The position numbers and the translations under genes are program-made. Shown piece after piece: positions 8,504-18,692 of a stretch of 60,890 bases of DNA. The stretch comes from a virus (lineage: Duplodnaviria; Caudoviricetes). Every line of letters starts with the position of its first letter. The stretch's first letter is position 1. The notes beneath the pieces were generated by a model. It did not search any database and was not told the DNA's origin. It was given only the letters and a program-made list of their open reading frames with translations. The DNA lies in IMG/VR virus record IMGVR_UViG_3300037424_000169, positions 1 through 60,890 of that record. One strand, 5' to 3'.

Positions 8504-9973
8504 ATGGGTAATGCTTATAATTTTAATAATGAAACTTACATGAATGCTATTAATCAACAACAGTTTGATGAAGGAATAGAGCTTTCTATCCCTAAGAAAC
8601 TTTCGTTTCTACTAGATACCCCTGCGCGTTTTAAAATAGCTTATGGTGGTCGTGGTGGTGCAAAAACTGAAACTATAGCCAGAATACTTATAGTTTTTAC
8701 TACTCAACGGCGCTTGCGCGTTGCTTGTTTTCGTGAATTTCAAAACTCTATGGACGAAAGCGTTTACGCTACTATAGTAAATGCTATTTATGATATTTGG
8801 AAAGACGGGTCTTGGGTATTTGAATGGGATATACAAGATAAAATTATTAGAAATAAACGTACTGGATCGGAATTTATATTTGCAGGATTGCGTTATAAAA
8901 TTGAAGCTATTAAATCAATGGCTCGCATTGATATAGCTTGGGTAGAGGAAGCTCGCGTTTGTTCTAAGGTCACACTTGATAAACTTTTTCCTACTATTCG
9001 TGGTGTTTATAAAGAAGGTGAAAGTGGCGGCCCATTTGGTAAAGGTCCTGAGATTTGGATTAGTTTTAATCCAGAACTAGACAGTGATGAAATTTATAAG
9101 CGCGCTGTCAAACAGCCTGACAAATATTTTCCTGAATTTGTAATGAATGAACAAACAGGAGAAATGGAGCGATATGCTATTATTGTTAAATTAAATTATT
9201 ATGATAATCCTTTCTTGCCTGAAGACTTACGACAGCAAATGGCTGTCGCCAAACAAGCTTCTAAAGATGATGAAGATGACGAATACCTTCATGTATGGGA
9301 AGGTCACACTAAATTAGTTTTAGCTGGTGCAGTTTATACTAAAGAAATTAAAAAGATTGTCCAAGAAAGTAGGCGAGGTAGAGTACCTTACAATCCAAAT
9401 AAACCAGTCTTTACATATTGGGATTTAGGGCATAGCGATAAAACAGCTATTTGGTTTGTTCAACATGCAGGCGTTGAATTTAATTTAATTCGTTATTATG
9501 AAAATCGTTTAGAGAAAATGCCTCATTATATTAAGTATCTCCAAGATACTGAATATAATTTTAGTACCCATGTTTTACCGCACGATGGCGATGCTGAAAC
9601 ACTTTCTAATGTCACTCCAAAAAAACAAGTACAAGATGCTTTCCCAAATTGTAAAGTTAGAATTGTTAATAGACCATCTAAAAAAGTTGTCGGTATAAAT
9701 GCTTGCCGTACCATACTCGATCTTTGTAATTTCGATGAAGAAAACACAAGCGATGGTTGGGCTTGTTTGTGTAACTATGCATTTAAAGTCAACGAAATTA
9801 ACGGTGTGTTTTCTAAAGAGCCTGATCATGATACACCTTGGAGCCACGGCGCAGACGCTTTACAAACTTTAGCGTTATCTTTAAAACCAGAAAAAGAAAT
9901 TAAAATAAAAACGGTCGGCAGTAACGTAAGAACTTTACATAATTTTAGAAGTGGTTCGGGGTGGATGGCATGA
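8504..9973 (+). CDS. terL: terminase large subunit (PBSX-like)
   Basis: Walker A GGRGGAKT, Walker B IAWVEEA, SFNP, nuclease WDLG and HGADA motifs. Confidence 0.95.
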   Translation: MGNAYNFNNETYMNAINQQQFDEGIELSIPKKLSFLLDTPARFKIAYGGRGGAKTETIARILIVFTTQRRLRVACFREFQNSMDESVYATIVNAIYDIWKDGSWVFEWDIQDKIIRNKRTGSEFIFAGLRYKIEAIKSMARIDIAWVEEARVCSKVTLDKLFPTIRGVYKEGESGGPFGKGPEIWISFNPELDSDEIYKRAVKQPDKYFPEFVMNEQTGEMERYAIIVKLNYYDNPFLPEDLRQQMAVAKQASKDDEDDEYLHVWEGHTKLVLAGAVYTKEIKKIVQESRRGRVPYNPNKPVFTYWDLGHSDKTAIWFVQHAGVEFNLIRYYENRLEKMPHYIKYLQDTEYNFSTHVLPHDGDAETLSNVTPKKQVQDAFPNCKVRIVNRPSKKVVGINACRTILDLCNFDEENTSDGWACLCNYAFKVNEINGVFSKEPDHDTPWSHGADALQTLALSLKPEKEIKIKTVGSNVRTLHNFRSGSGWMA

Positions 9974-12258
9974 GTTGGTCCTCAACATGGAATACTAAAT
10001 CTGCTAAACCAGCCCCCCCACAGACTGAGGATGAGTTAGAATTAATTGAGCAAGTTAAAGAAGATTTTAAAAATGGTGTATCGTGGGAAGCTCAAGCGCG
10101 TGTAAATTTCGAGTATGATTATAAATTTGCTAATGGTGATACCCACAATAAATTTCAATGGGATAATGATTTAATTTTAGCGCGTGAGTTAGATGATAAA
10201 CCTTGCTTAACTATTAATAAGGTTCAACAACACAATTTAATGGTTATTAATGACGCTAAACAAAATAAGCCAGGGGTTCGTATTCGCCCGGTTGGTGATG
10301 AAGCTTCATTTGAGGGGTCTCAAATATTTCAAGAATTAGTTTATCATATTGAATACATATCTAATGCTGAAAATGTTTATGATAGCGCCACGTCTTTCCA
10401 AGTTCAAGCTGGTTGGGCGTATTGGCGTATAGATACTGATTACGTTAGTGATAAAACTTTCGATCAAGAAATTTATATACGTCATATTAAAGACCCTCGC
10501 TCAGTTTATTTAGACCCTGACATTAATGAAATTGATGGCAGTGACGCCCGATGGGGTTTAATTTTTGAGGATATGGATAAAGAGCTTTATAAGAAAAAGC
10601 ATCCTAAATTTGCTGATGTTATGGGTAGCTCCACTTTAGGAAGCAAAGGGGATGGTTGGCTAACCGATGATAAGGTTAGAGTTGCTTTATATTATTATAA
10701 AGAAGAAAAAGAAGATAAATTAATCCATTGGATAGGGCAAGATGGCACTCAAGTTATTACTAAGAAATCAGAATTAGACGATCAACAAAAGATATTTTAT
10801 CAGGCTATTAAAAAAGAGCCTCAAGCTAAAGAGCTTTTACAATTTAAAGAACGCTCTATAGTTTCTAATGATGTTTATTGGTGCAAAATAGCTGGTGATA
10901 GAATTATCGAAGGTCCTACTAGATGGTTGGGAAGTACAATTCCTATTGTCAGACTTGTGGGCACAGAGACAGTTATTGATGGTGTTTTAGATAGAAAAGG
11001 ACATACTAGAGCTTTAATAAATGCTCAACAAATCTATAATTTTATGAGTTCTAGTAATGTTGAGTTTATTTCTACTCAATCTAAAACACCTTGGGTTGCG
11101 CCTTCTGCTGCTATTGAGGGATTTGAAGAATATTATAAAACTGCTAATCGTATTAATCATTCTTATCTTCCTTATAATGCTTATGATGATGAAGCTAATC
11201 CACTTCCTGCTCCTACGCGCAATAGTGCGATTAATAGCGGTACTGGTTATGTCACTCAAATGCAAGTTGCTCAAAATGAATTGATGATGGCGAGCGGCCA
11301 ATATCAAGCACAAATGGGAGAAAATGAAAATGCTAAGTCTGGTGTAGCTATCAATGCTCGTCAGCGTCAAGGCGATAGAGCTACTTATCATTTTATTGAT
11401 AACTTAGCTATTGCTATTCGTTGCACTGGTAAAATTTTAATTGATCTTATCCCAAAAGTTTACGATACACCTAGAGTTAAAAAGATTTTAGCTCAAGACG
11501 GTTCGCGTATGAATGTTAAAATTGATACCGATGCTAAACAAGAATTACAAAATACTACCGATCCTAACAATCCACCTATGGACAATGGGCAAAAAGTTAC
11601 CGAATATGTGTTTAATCCTGAATTTGGCCAATATGATATTCAAGCCGATACCGGACCAAGTTTTGCTACTAAACGTATGGAAACAGCAGCAGCATTACTT
11701 GAATTAGCTAAGGGTGATGAAAACTTTATGAAAATTGGTGGTGATATCCTTATGAAGAATATGGATTTCGCCGGTGCTGATATTCTTGCTTTACGTTATG
11801 GAAATATAATACCACCCCAAGTTAAGGGTGAAGGTCTGCCTCCTGAAGTTGAAGATCAAATGAATAAAGCCGCTGATATGATACAAATGCTTCAAGGTAA
11901 GATTGGTGAGCTTACACAGCAAGTTAAAGATAAAGATAAAGAGCTTACTATTAAGGCTCAAAATCTTGACCTTAATTTTAAGAAAGAAAGTGCTGCGCAA
12001 GCTAGAGAAGATTATCGTGCTGAGACTGAGAGAACGGTTGCTCTGTTTAATACTTCCAAGGATGGGGAAGGTATTGATCCTCAGTTAAAGGTAGTTTTAA
12101 AACAATTAATTTCTGGTATGCTTGCTAATGGCGAATTAAATTTTAAAGATGACGAAGAAGATGAGCCTCCGATTGAGGGAGCGAAAAAGGGTAATGACGG
12201 ACTTTGGTATGTAGAAAATCCTGAAGGTGGATATGCTAGAGTGGAAGAAAATGCCTAA
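9970..12258 (+). CDS. portal protein (P22-like)
   Basis: 'PCLTINK' and 'SGVAINARQRQG' motifs, C-terminal coiled coil; ATGA overlap with terL. Confidence 0.9.
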   Translation: MSWSSTWNTKSAKPAPPQTEDELELIEQVKEDFKNGVSWEAQARVNFEYDYKFANGDTHNKFQWDNDLILARELDDKPCLTINKVQQHNLMVINDAKQNKPGVRIRPVGDEASFEGSQIFQELVYHIEYISNAENVYDSATSFQVQAGWAYWRIDTDYVSDKTFDQEIYIRHIKDPRSVYLDPDINEIDGSDARWGLIFEDMDKELYKKKHPKFADVMGSSTLGSKGDGWLTDDKVRVALYYYKEEKEDKLIHWIGQDGTQVITKKSELDDQQKIFYQAIKKEPQAKELLQFKERSIVSNDVYWCKIAGDRIIEGPTRWLGSTIPIVRLVGTETVIDGVLDRKGHTRALINAQQIYNFMSSSNVEFISTQSKTPWVAPSAAIEGFEEYYKTANRINHSYLPYNAYDDEANPLPAPTRNSAINSGTGYVTQMQVAQNELMMASGQYQAQMGENENAKSGVAINARQRQGDRATYHFIDNLAIAIRCTGKILIDLIPKVYDTPRVKKILAQDGSRMNVKIDTDAKQELQNTTDPNNPPMDNGQKVTEYVFNPEFGQYDIQADTGPSFATKRMETAAALLELAKGDENFMKIGGDILMKNMDFAGADILALRYGNIIPPQVKGEGLPPEVEDQMNKAADMIQMLQGKIGELTQQVKDKDKELTIKAQNLDLNFKKESAAQAREDYRAETERTVALFNTSKDGEGIDPQLKVVLKQLISGMLANGELNFKDDEEDEPPIEGAKKGNDGLWYVENPEGGYARVEENA

Positions 12259-15200
12259 CGAAGCACCAGAAGGATATGAATTAAGATATACTGAAGGCGA
12301 TCAATATCCGTATTATCAACGTATCCATACCGAGGAAACAACTTTCGACGAAGACCCTTTTATTCGTGCTGCTGAGAGATTGAGACGTGGTGTTAAAGGA
12401 CGCCAGCAATTGCCAGCACAAGACGCGGCTACCCCTGAAGGCCCTCCTAATTATATTATGGAGCCTGATTTATTAGAAACTCAGCAGGGTATGAGTTTGC
12501 CTACAGGTATAGCTTTTAATGATGCTGGTATTCCTTTTAATTTAAAAACTGGAAAAGAAGTACCAATAATCCCACGTCCTAAAGTTTTACCTATTGCGAA
12601 AACACCAGACGGATATACATTTGCGATGCCTAAAATGTTAGATGTAGCTGGTAATGTTATGGGCGGTGTTGCTGGTGCTCCTGTTAAGGGTGCGGAAGTT
12701 TTGTTGGGCAGTGGTGCGGTTAGGAAAGTACCAGAAATTATTAAAGCTGCGGAAGGTCCATTTTATTCAGCTTTAGAACGTGCTGTTGATAATTCTAAAG
12801 TTGGTAAAGCTGACGCTCAACAGTGGCTTGGTTATTTAAAAAATCAACCGGGTGTTAAGAGTGAGGAATTGGCTTATGTTTTAGGTGATATTAAAGGTAG
12901 TCTTACAAAAGCTGAAGTGCAGGATATAATTAAAAATAATAAGGTGGAGTTGAAGGAAATTGGGAAGGGTGATATTAAAGCTTGGGATGAACTTGGTCCC
13001 AAAGAAATAAAAGAACAAGAAAAACAATTTAAAGAATTTTATGGTTATAAAGGGTCATTAGATGAAGTTGAAGAATTTTATAGTGGTGGGGAATTAAGTT
13101 CTCCTACCAAATACCACGGCTATCAACTCCCCGGTGGTCCTTTATCAAGAGATACTGAAATTTTAACGCGCGACGGTTGGAAGCGTATTGATGACGTTTC
13201 TATCGGTGAAGAAATTATTACGCGCAAAGATGAAAGCGGCGAACTTGAATGGCAATCTATTCAAGCCGTGCCTACAGTTTACGCTGAAAAGCTTTATCAT
13301 TTTTATAACCAGTCTATTGATATGCAGGTTACAGCAAATCATAAAATGGTTGTTAGAAAGCGTAGGCGTTCAAGTCGCGGTATATTTAGAATAACTGCTG
13401 AGCAGCTTTGGAAAACTTCGGAGTGCGTAATTCCTTTAACTGGCAATTGGACAGGTAAAGGTAGTAAAACTCTATTTGGATATGATGCTTGCGATGTAGC
13501 GGAATTTATCGGTTGGTATCTTGCGGAAGGTTCTTATAAACATAAGAACGGAATAAAAAATACAATTCAAATCGCGCAATCTCGCGCGCATAATCCAGAC
13601 AATTGCGATAGGCTGGAAGCTCTTTTTGATAGGCTTGGGGTTGTGTGGAAATATTACGGTAACGGATATGGGATTGGTAGTAAGTCTATAAATAAATCTC
13701 TTTTAGATTTACTACACAGTCAGCCTACCTCAGAAGGTAAGTTTATTCCGTCTTTATTTTTTAATGAAAACAAGCATGTTGTAAACTCATTATTAGCGGG
13801 TTTAATTTTAGGTGACGGTCATCATAGCGAAGATATTTATGACGATTACGGAAACCTAAGACAAGCTAGAAAGATATTTTTTAGTAAATCCAAATCACTT
13901 GCTGATGGAGTGCAAATTTTAGCATTGCTGAGCGGTTATCGTGCAAGCGTTCGTAAGCGCCCAACTGGTATCTATGTTGTGGGTATAAATTCTAAAGAAT
14001 GGAATAGCGTCGATGACGCTAAATATGCAATTGTCGATTACCACGATTTTGCGTTCTGCGTTACAGTGGAAAATCATTGTATTTATGTACGTCGTAATGG
14101 CGTAGCTGCGTTCACTGGAAACTCTGACTATAAAGAAATGTTATTGACGTTGCCTAACAGTTGGGAAAAGTTTAGAGAACTTCAAAAAACAAACGATGCT
14201 AGAATTGCTACCTTACGTCAAGAAATGCACGGTACTAGCGGATCAAATGAAATTCGTGCTGAGATCAGTAAATTGCAAAATGAAAATCAAAATTTACAAA
14301 AACAAATTAGAGAAGCTCCTATTTATACTTCTTCCCATTGGGATGAACCAAATGTTTTAGCTCATGTTCGTATGAATGATAGAACAGTTGATGGCAAGAA
14401 AACTCTCCACATAGAAGAAATCCAATCTGATTGGCACCAAGCGGGACGTAAGCAAGGTTATAAACTTTCTGAGAAACAGAAAGCTGACTTGGATAATATT
14501 GAAAATAAATTAACATCTAAACTCACTGAAGCTGAGATTGGTAATCCTGATATTGATAATGTTTTAAAAATTGCTGTTGAGAAGAAAGTTATTTCCAGCG
14601 ATGATGCTAAAAATTATAAAGAATATGTAAAGGGTGAAAACTCAAACATACCAGATGCTCCATTCAAAAAGAATTGGGATGAATTAGCTTTAAAGCGAAT
14701 GCTTCACAAAGCTGCTGATGAAGGTTATGAAGGGATTAGTTGGACGCCGGGAGAGGCGCAAGCGGCTAGATATGATTTGAGTAAACAGGTTGATAAGATT
14801 GAATTGGTAAAACATGGGGATAGGGGTACATACGTCAGAGGTTATAAAAATGGCGGTATGCCTATCAATGAATTATTAAAAGATGAAAGTAAGCTTGCTG
14901 GCATGATCGGCAAAGAAGCTGCTGAAAAATTATTAAAATCTAAAGTTGAAAAAAGAACATCCGGTACAGGGGAGGAAATAGAAACTCGATTTTTAGAAGG
15001 TGATAATTTAAAAATCGGTGGCGAAGGCATGAAGTCTTTTTACGATAAGATACTAGTTGATCGTGCAAACAATTTAGCAAAGAAGTATGGGAGTAAGGTA
15101 GAGCAGCGGAATTTAAATAATGAACTTATTGTAGCTTCCAAAAAATTAGCTGAGTTTGAAGCTAAATTTAAATCTAAACCTATTCCGTTATCTATGAAAG

Positions 15201-15424
15201 CTGAACATGAAAATTTAAGAAACGCTGTTGCCAAAGCTAAAACTGGTGAAACTTCTCAACCCATCCACTACTTACCAATACCACCAGAACTTCGCGCCAA
15301 AGCTAAAGAGGGGTTTCCTATGTTTAGTTTTACCCCGACGACTGTACCAGTTGACTATGATCCTTTTAAGTCTGAAGATAAAAAATACCGCTTAGTGCCA
15401 GTTCAAGGAAATCCGTTTAAATGA
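12251..15424 (+). CDS. large polyvalent/virion-associated protein containing an intein
   Basis: 'FYSALE..GVKSEEL', 'SSHWDEPNVLAHVR', 'IEEIQSDWHQ' and 'PDAPFK' motifs of large podophage proteins; interrupted by an intein. Confidence 0.75.
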   Translation: MPNEAPEGYELRYTEGDQYPYYQRIHTEETTFDEDPFIRAAERLRRGVKGRQQLPAQDAATPEGPPNYIMEPDLLETQQGMSLPTGIAFNDAGIPFNLKTGKEVPIIPRPKVLPIAKTPDGYTFAMPKMLDVAGNVMGGVAGAPVKGAEVLLGSGAVRKVPEIIKAAEGPFYSALERAVDNSKVGKADAQQWLGYLKNQPGVKSEELAYVLGDIKGSLTKAEVQDIIKNNKVELKEIGKGDIKAWDELGPKEIKEQEKQFKEFYGYKGSLDEVEEFYSGGELSSPTKYHGYQLPGGPLSRDTEILTRDGWKRIDDVSIGEEIITRKDESGELEWQSIQAVPTVYAEKLYHFYNQSIDMQVTANHKMVVRKRRRSSRGIFRITAEQLWKTSECVIPLTGNWTGKGSKTLFGYDACDVAEFIGWYLAEGSYKHKNGIKNTIQIAQSRAHNPDNCDRLEALFDRLGVVWKYYGNGYGIGSKSINKSLLDLLHSQPTSEGKFIPSLFFNENKHVVNSLLAGLILGDGHHSEDIYDDYGNLRQARKIFFSKSKSLADGVQILALLSGYRASVRKRPTGIYVVGINSKEWNSVDDAKYAIVDYHDFAFCVTVENHCIYVRRNGVAAFTGNSDYKEMLLTLPNSWEKFRELQKTNDARIATLRQEMHGTSGSNEIRAEISKLQNENQNLQKQIREAPIYTSSHWDEPNVLAHVRMNDRTVDGKKTLHIEEIQSDWHQAGRKQGYKLSEKQKADLDNIENKLTSKLTEAEIGNPDIDNVLKIAVEKKVISSDDAKNYKEYVKGENSNIPDAPFKKNWDELALKRMLHKAADEGYEGISWTPGEAQAARYDLSKQVDKIELVKHGDRGTYVRGYKNGGMPINELLKDESKLAGMIGKEAAEKLLKSKVEKRTSGTGEEIETRFLEGDNLKIGGEGMKSFYDKILVDRANNLAKKYGSKVEQRNLNNELIVASKKLAEFEAKFKSKPIPLSMKAEHENLRNAVAKAKTGETSQPIHYLPIPPELRAKAKEGFPMFSFTPTTVPVDYDPFKSEDKKYRLVPVQGNPFK
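13139..14122 (+). mobile_element. intein with LAGLIDADG homing endonuclease (328 aa, Pro1, Ser+1)
   Basis: block A PLSRDTEILTRDGW, block B VTANH, FIGWYLAEGS and LAGLILGDG, block F AFCVTV, block G FTGN|S. Confidence 0.9.
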
Positions 15425-15816
15425 CTAAAAAATTAATAACCCCAATTAACCCACTTATTTATAAAGTTGCTAGTAATTTCGCTGGTATTTTTTACGATGC
15501 TGGACGTTCAACAGGACTAACTTCAAATTACAAAACACCAGAAGCTTTTGCTAAAAAGTATTTAGAACGCTTCATACCTATGGCGATTAAGCATTTAATG
15601 ACATTGCTAAAGCCTAATAGTGGTATTACCGAACATATGAAAGAAGAAATTTATTCCGCGCTAATTGATCCTGTTAACGATCCTAGGTTAATGAAAGCTA
15701 AAGTGAATGTAGATCTAAATATGGAATTATTAGCTGAGCAACATAAATTTGATAAATTAAAAATTGTCACCCCTGTCAATTCTACTAAGAAGTCAGTCCT
15801 TCATAAGGATCAATGA
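15421..15816 (+). CDS. hypothetical protein
   Basis: ORF in head module. Confidence 0.6.
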   Translation: MTKKLITPINPLIYKVASNFAGIFYDAGRSTGLTSNYKTPEAFAKKYLERFIPMAIKHLMTLLKPNSGITEHMKEEIYSALIDPVNDPRLMKAKVNVDLNMELLAEQHKFDKLKIVTPVNSTKKSVLHKDQ

Positions 15817-15817
15817 T

Positions 15818-16048
15818 ATGGCTAAGAAAAATAGATTACCTGTAGCTAAGGCTTCCACTCCAATAGATTGCCCACAGACTTACAAGCGTACTAAAGAGGA
15901 CGAAGCTAGGGAACGTCGCTACGCCGTTGAAGCTGGGTTGCGCGCAATTCAACGTGCTGAAGAAATAAAAGCTAATAAATCTTTAATGAGCGATATAAAA
16001 ACATTGGCTGCTGAACAAGTCGCTAATTTAAAAAAGTTTGCTAAATGA
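15818..16048 (+). CDS. hypothetical head-module protein
   Basis: ATG after AAGGA; 'RAEEIK' helical protein. Confidence 0.6.
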   Translation: MAKKNRLPVAKASTPIDCPQTYKRTKEDEARERRYAVEAGLRAIQRAEEIKANKSLMSDIKTLAAEQVANLKKFAK

Positions 16049-16281
16049 ATTGGCAAGGAAAAGAAATCCAATCCCTAACTGATGAGGAATTGTGGGCAGC
16101 CCTTCAATCTGTTGCGGATATGGATAATTTTAGATTTGACAAGCTTAAAGACCCGCGTATAAATAAGCTTAAGCATCGGTTAAACAAAATTTTTAATTCT
16201 AATCCACCAATAGAAAATCAGACTTTTACTAATCTTGTAGAAGCTCTAAATAAAGAATGGAAAAAACGCAATGAAAATTAA
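16045..16281 (+). CDS. hypothetical protein
   Basis: ORF overlapping both neighbours. Confidence 0.55.
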   Translation: MNWQGKEIQSLTDEELWAALQSVADMDNFRFDKLKDPRINKLKHRLNKIFNSNPPIENQTFTNLVEALNKEWKKRNEN

Positions 16282-17173
16282 ATTTTTACCGCTTCCTTAT
16301 TATGGTCCTGAAGATGGAACTGGTGGTGGGGAACCAGAAAAGACGCCAGCACAGATCGAACGTGAAAAAATTGTAGTGACTAATGGTACTAAGGATGAAA
16401 AGAAAGAAGAAACTAAAGAAAATAATATTGATGCTGAAGATGATACTGAAGAAGCAGAAGATGAAACCAAAGATGAAGATGAAGATGAAGATGCTACTAA
16501 AGAAGAGCCAAAAGAATTAACTGAAGAACAAAAGCAAATTCAAGCTCTAGAAAAAAAGCTTGAACGCGCTCAACGTCGCGCTGGTAAAACTGCACAAGAG
16601 CGTGATGAAAATAAGAAATTGGTCCGTGAGCTTCAAGCCTCATTAGAAGCTAAAGTAAAAGAAGGTGAGCAGCCTTTAACCGAAGAAGAAGTAAGAAGGC
16701 AAGCTAGGGAGCTAGCAGATCAAACTTTAACTCAACGTGAATTTGATAAAGCCCAAGAAAAGTTAATTGAGGATGCTACTAAAGTCGATAAGACTTTTAT
16801 GAGTAAGGTTCGTGATTTAGCTGCTGAAGTAGCTCCCTTACCAGAATTTTTTATTGGAGCTTTAAATGATATTGATAATGGGGGTGAAGTTTTAAATTAT
16901 TTAACTGATAACCCTGATGATTATGAGGATTTGCTAAAAAAGAATAGCCCTATGAAAGTTATGAAGGGATTGTTAGAAATTTCAAATAAATTAATTGAAG
17001 CTAAAAAACCAAAACCTAAGAAAATTTCAAACGCCCCTGAACCAGCCAAAGCACCAAAAGGTAGCGGTAAAAATCTTGACACATTACCAGCTAAACCTAC
17101 CGATAATATGGCTGAATACATTAGGGTTAGGAATGCTCAGGATCGGGCTAAGCGAGAATCGCAAGGGTATTAA
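16271..17173 (+). CDS. capsid scaffolding protein
   Basis: acidic N-terminus, coiled coil, position just before coat gene. Confidence 0.8.
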   Translation: MKIKFLPLPYYGPEDGTGGGEPEKTPAQIEREKIVVTNGTKDEKKEETKENNIDAEDDTEEAEDETKDEDEDEDATKEEPKELTEEQKQIQALEKKLERAQRRAGKTAQERDENKKLVRELQASLEAKVKEGEQPLTEEEVRRQARELADQTLTQREFDKAQEKLIEDATKVDKTFMSKVRDLAAEVAPLPEFFIGALNDIDNGGEVLNYLTDNPDDYEDLLKKNSPMKVMKGLLEISNKLIEAKKPKPKKISNAPEPAKAPKGSGKNLDTLPAKPTDNMAEYIRVRNAQDRAKRESQGY

Positions 17174-17195
17174 TCCTCAAACTAAAATTCTTTTC

Positions 17196-17223
17196 AACAG
17201 CCCCTTGACGGGGCTGTTTTTTT
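17196..17223 (+). terminator. intrinsic terminator
   Basis: AACAGCCCC-TTGAC-GGGGCTGTT followed by a T-run. Confidence 0.75.
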
Positions 17224-17396
17224 ATTATCTGCTGTCATTCTGATTAGCTTTCTAAGGTTAGCTTTAAACACCTTAGCCGCCTTCTGGAATTGGCCTTAAT
17301 CATTCCAGTTTGCCGTAACCGGGTTCGCAGCCGGATTTCACCAAATTCAATTTAATATTATGTCTGAATTTTCAGACTGTATTTAGGATAATTAAT

Positions 17397-18626
17397 ATGG
17401 CTAATACACTTCTCACAATCGATATGATTACCGCCGAGGCTGTACGTCTATTTAAGAACTCTAATTTGTTTATCCAAAATATGGATACTCAGTATGACCC
17501 TGCTTTCGCTGTAGATGGCGCTAAAATTGGTTCGACTTTGCGTATTCGTTTGCCTAATGATTATATTGTTACTAGTGGTCCTGCGTTACAGCTTCAGAAT
17601 ACAACTGAACAGTACACCACATTAACTGTTTCTAACCAGTTTAATATCGCTGTTCCATTCACAAGTGCCGAACGTACTATGAGTATTGATAATTATGCTG
17701 AAATTATTATGGCTCCATTGATTAATAATCTTGCTGGTGGTGTTGCTCAAGATGTTATGAATGGTGCTGAAACTGGTGTTTGTAATTTCGTTTCCAATGT
17801 TGATGGGAATGGAAATATCATTCATCCTACCGCTCAACAGTTCTTACGCGCGGGTGCGGTATTAGATAACAATTCGGCAGATACTATGACGCGCCGTGTT
17901 GTCGATAGCCCTGATACCGATGCTGAAATGTCTAATTCGCTTCAGGGTCTTTTAAATCCGGCCACCAAGATTAGCGCACAGTATGAAGCTGGCGCTATGA
18001 AATCGGGGCTTGGTTACGGTAAATGGTTCCGTGACCAGACTGTAATTGTTCATACTTCTGGTACTTATGACAACGCCGCGCTATCTACCGTTGATGGTGC
18101 TGACCAAACTGGAACTACAATTGCTATTAGCGCCCTTGCTGGTACTTTGGTTGCTGGCGATATTATTACTTTTGAAGGTGTGTTAGCAGTTAACCGCGTT
18201 ACAAAAGCGACACAGGCTAAACTTCGTCAATTTGTTATTTTAGAAGATGTGGCTATTGGCGGTACTGAAGTTAGCATCTATCCTGCATTAACTCCTGCTG
18301 TTGGTGGGTCTAATGTGCAATTCCAAACTGTCACGGCAAGCCCTGATAACGGTGCCGATGTTATCATGGCTACTAAGTCTGGTGAAATTTATTACAAGAA
18401 TTTGGCCTATGTTCAAAAGGCCTTAACTCTTGCTACCGCTGACTTAGTTATGCCTACAGGTGCCGTTGTAGAATGCGCTAGAGCAAATTACGATGGTATC
18501 TCAATGCGTGTTTTAACTGATTATTTAACTGGTAGTGACCAGTTAGCTACGCGAGTTGATGTTTTATTCGGGTCTAAATATATTAGGCCAGAATGGCTCT
18601 GCATCGTGGCAGACTCCATCGGATAA
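17397..18626 (+). CDS. major capsid protein (P22 coat-like)
   Basis: 'AKIGSTLRIRLP' and 'RVDVLFG...RPEW' motifs; 409 aa; follows scaffold. Confidence 0.92.
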   Translation: MANTLLTIDMITAEAVRLFKNSNLFIQNMDTQYDPAFAVDGAKIGSTLRIRLPNDYIVTSGPALQLQNTTEQYTTLTVSNQFNIAVPFTSAERTMSIDNYAEIIMAPLINNLAGGVAQDVMNGAETGVCNFVSNVDGNGNIIHPTAQQFLRAGAVLDNNSADTMTRRVVDSPDTDAEMSNSLQGLLNPATKISAQYEAGAMKSGLGYGKWFRDQTVIVHTSGTYDNAALSTVDGADQTGTTIAISALAGTLVAGDIITFEGVLAVNRVTKATQAKLRQFVILEDVAIGGTEVSIYPALTPAVGGSNVQFQTVTASPDNGADVIMATKSGEIYYKNLAYVQKALTLATADLVMPTGAVVECARANYDGISMRVLTDYLTGSDQLATRVDVLFGSKYIRPEWLCIVADSIG

Positions 18627-18630
18627 TATC

Positions 18631-18686
18631 TTGACTTTCCTTTTCGGGGGACTTACGGTTGAAAAATCGTAGCTTCCGAAAGGGAA
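18631..18686 (+). promoter_or_regulatory. promoter plus RBS-sequestering hairpin upstream of HNH gene
   Basis: TTGACT-N17-TACGGT; 18637-18650 pairs with 18673-18686, which contains AAGGGA. Confidence 0.55.
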
Positions 18687-18692
18687 TTTTAA

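Noticed and set aside
11014-12088. Alternative-frame and antisense ORFs inside the portal (and similar ones inside terL, coat and fiber)
   Set aside because: No RBS or motifs; expected shadows of long genes.
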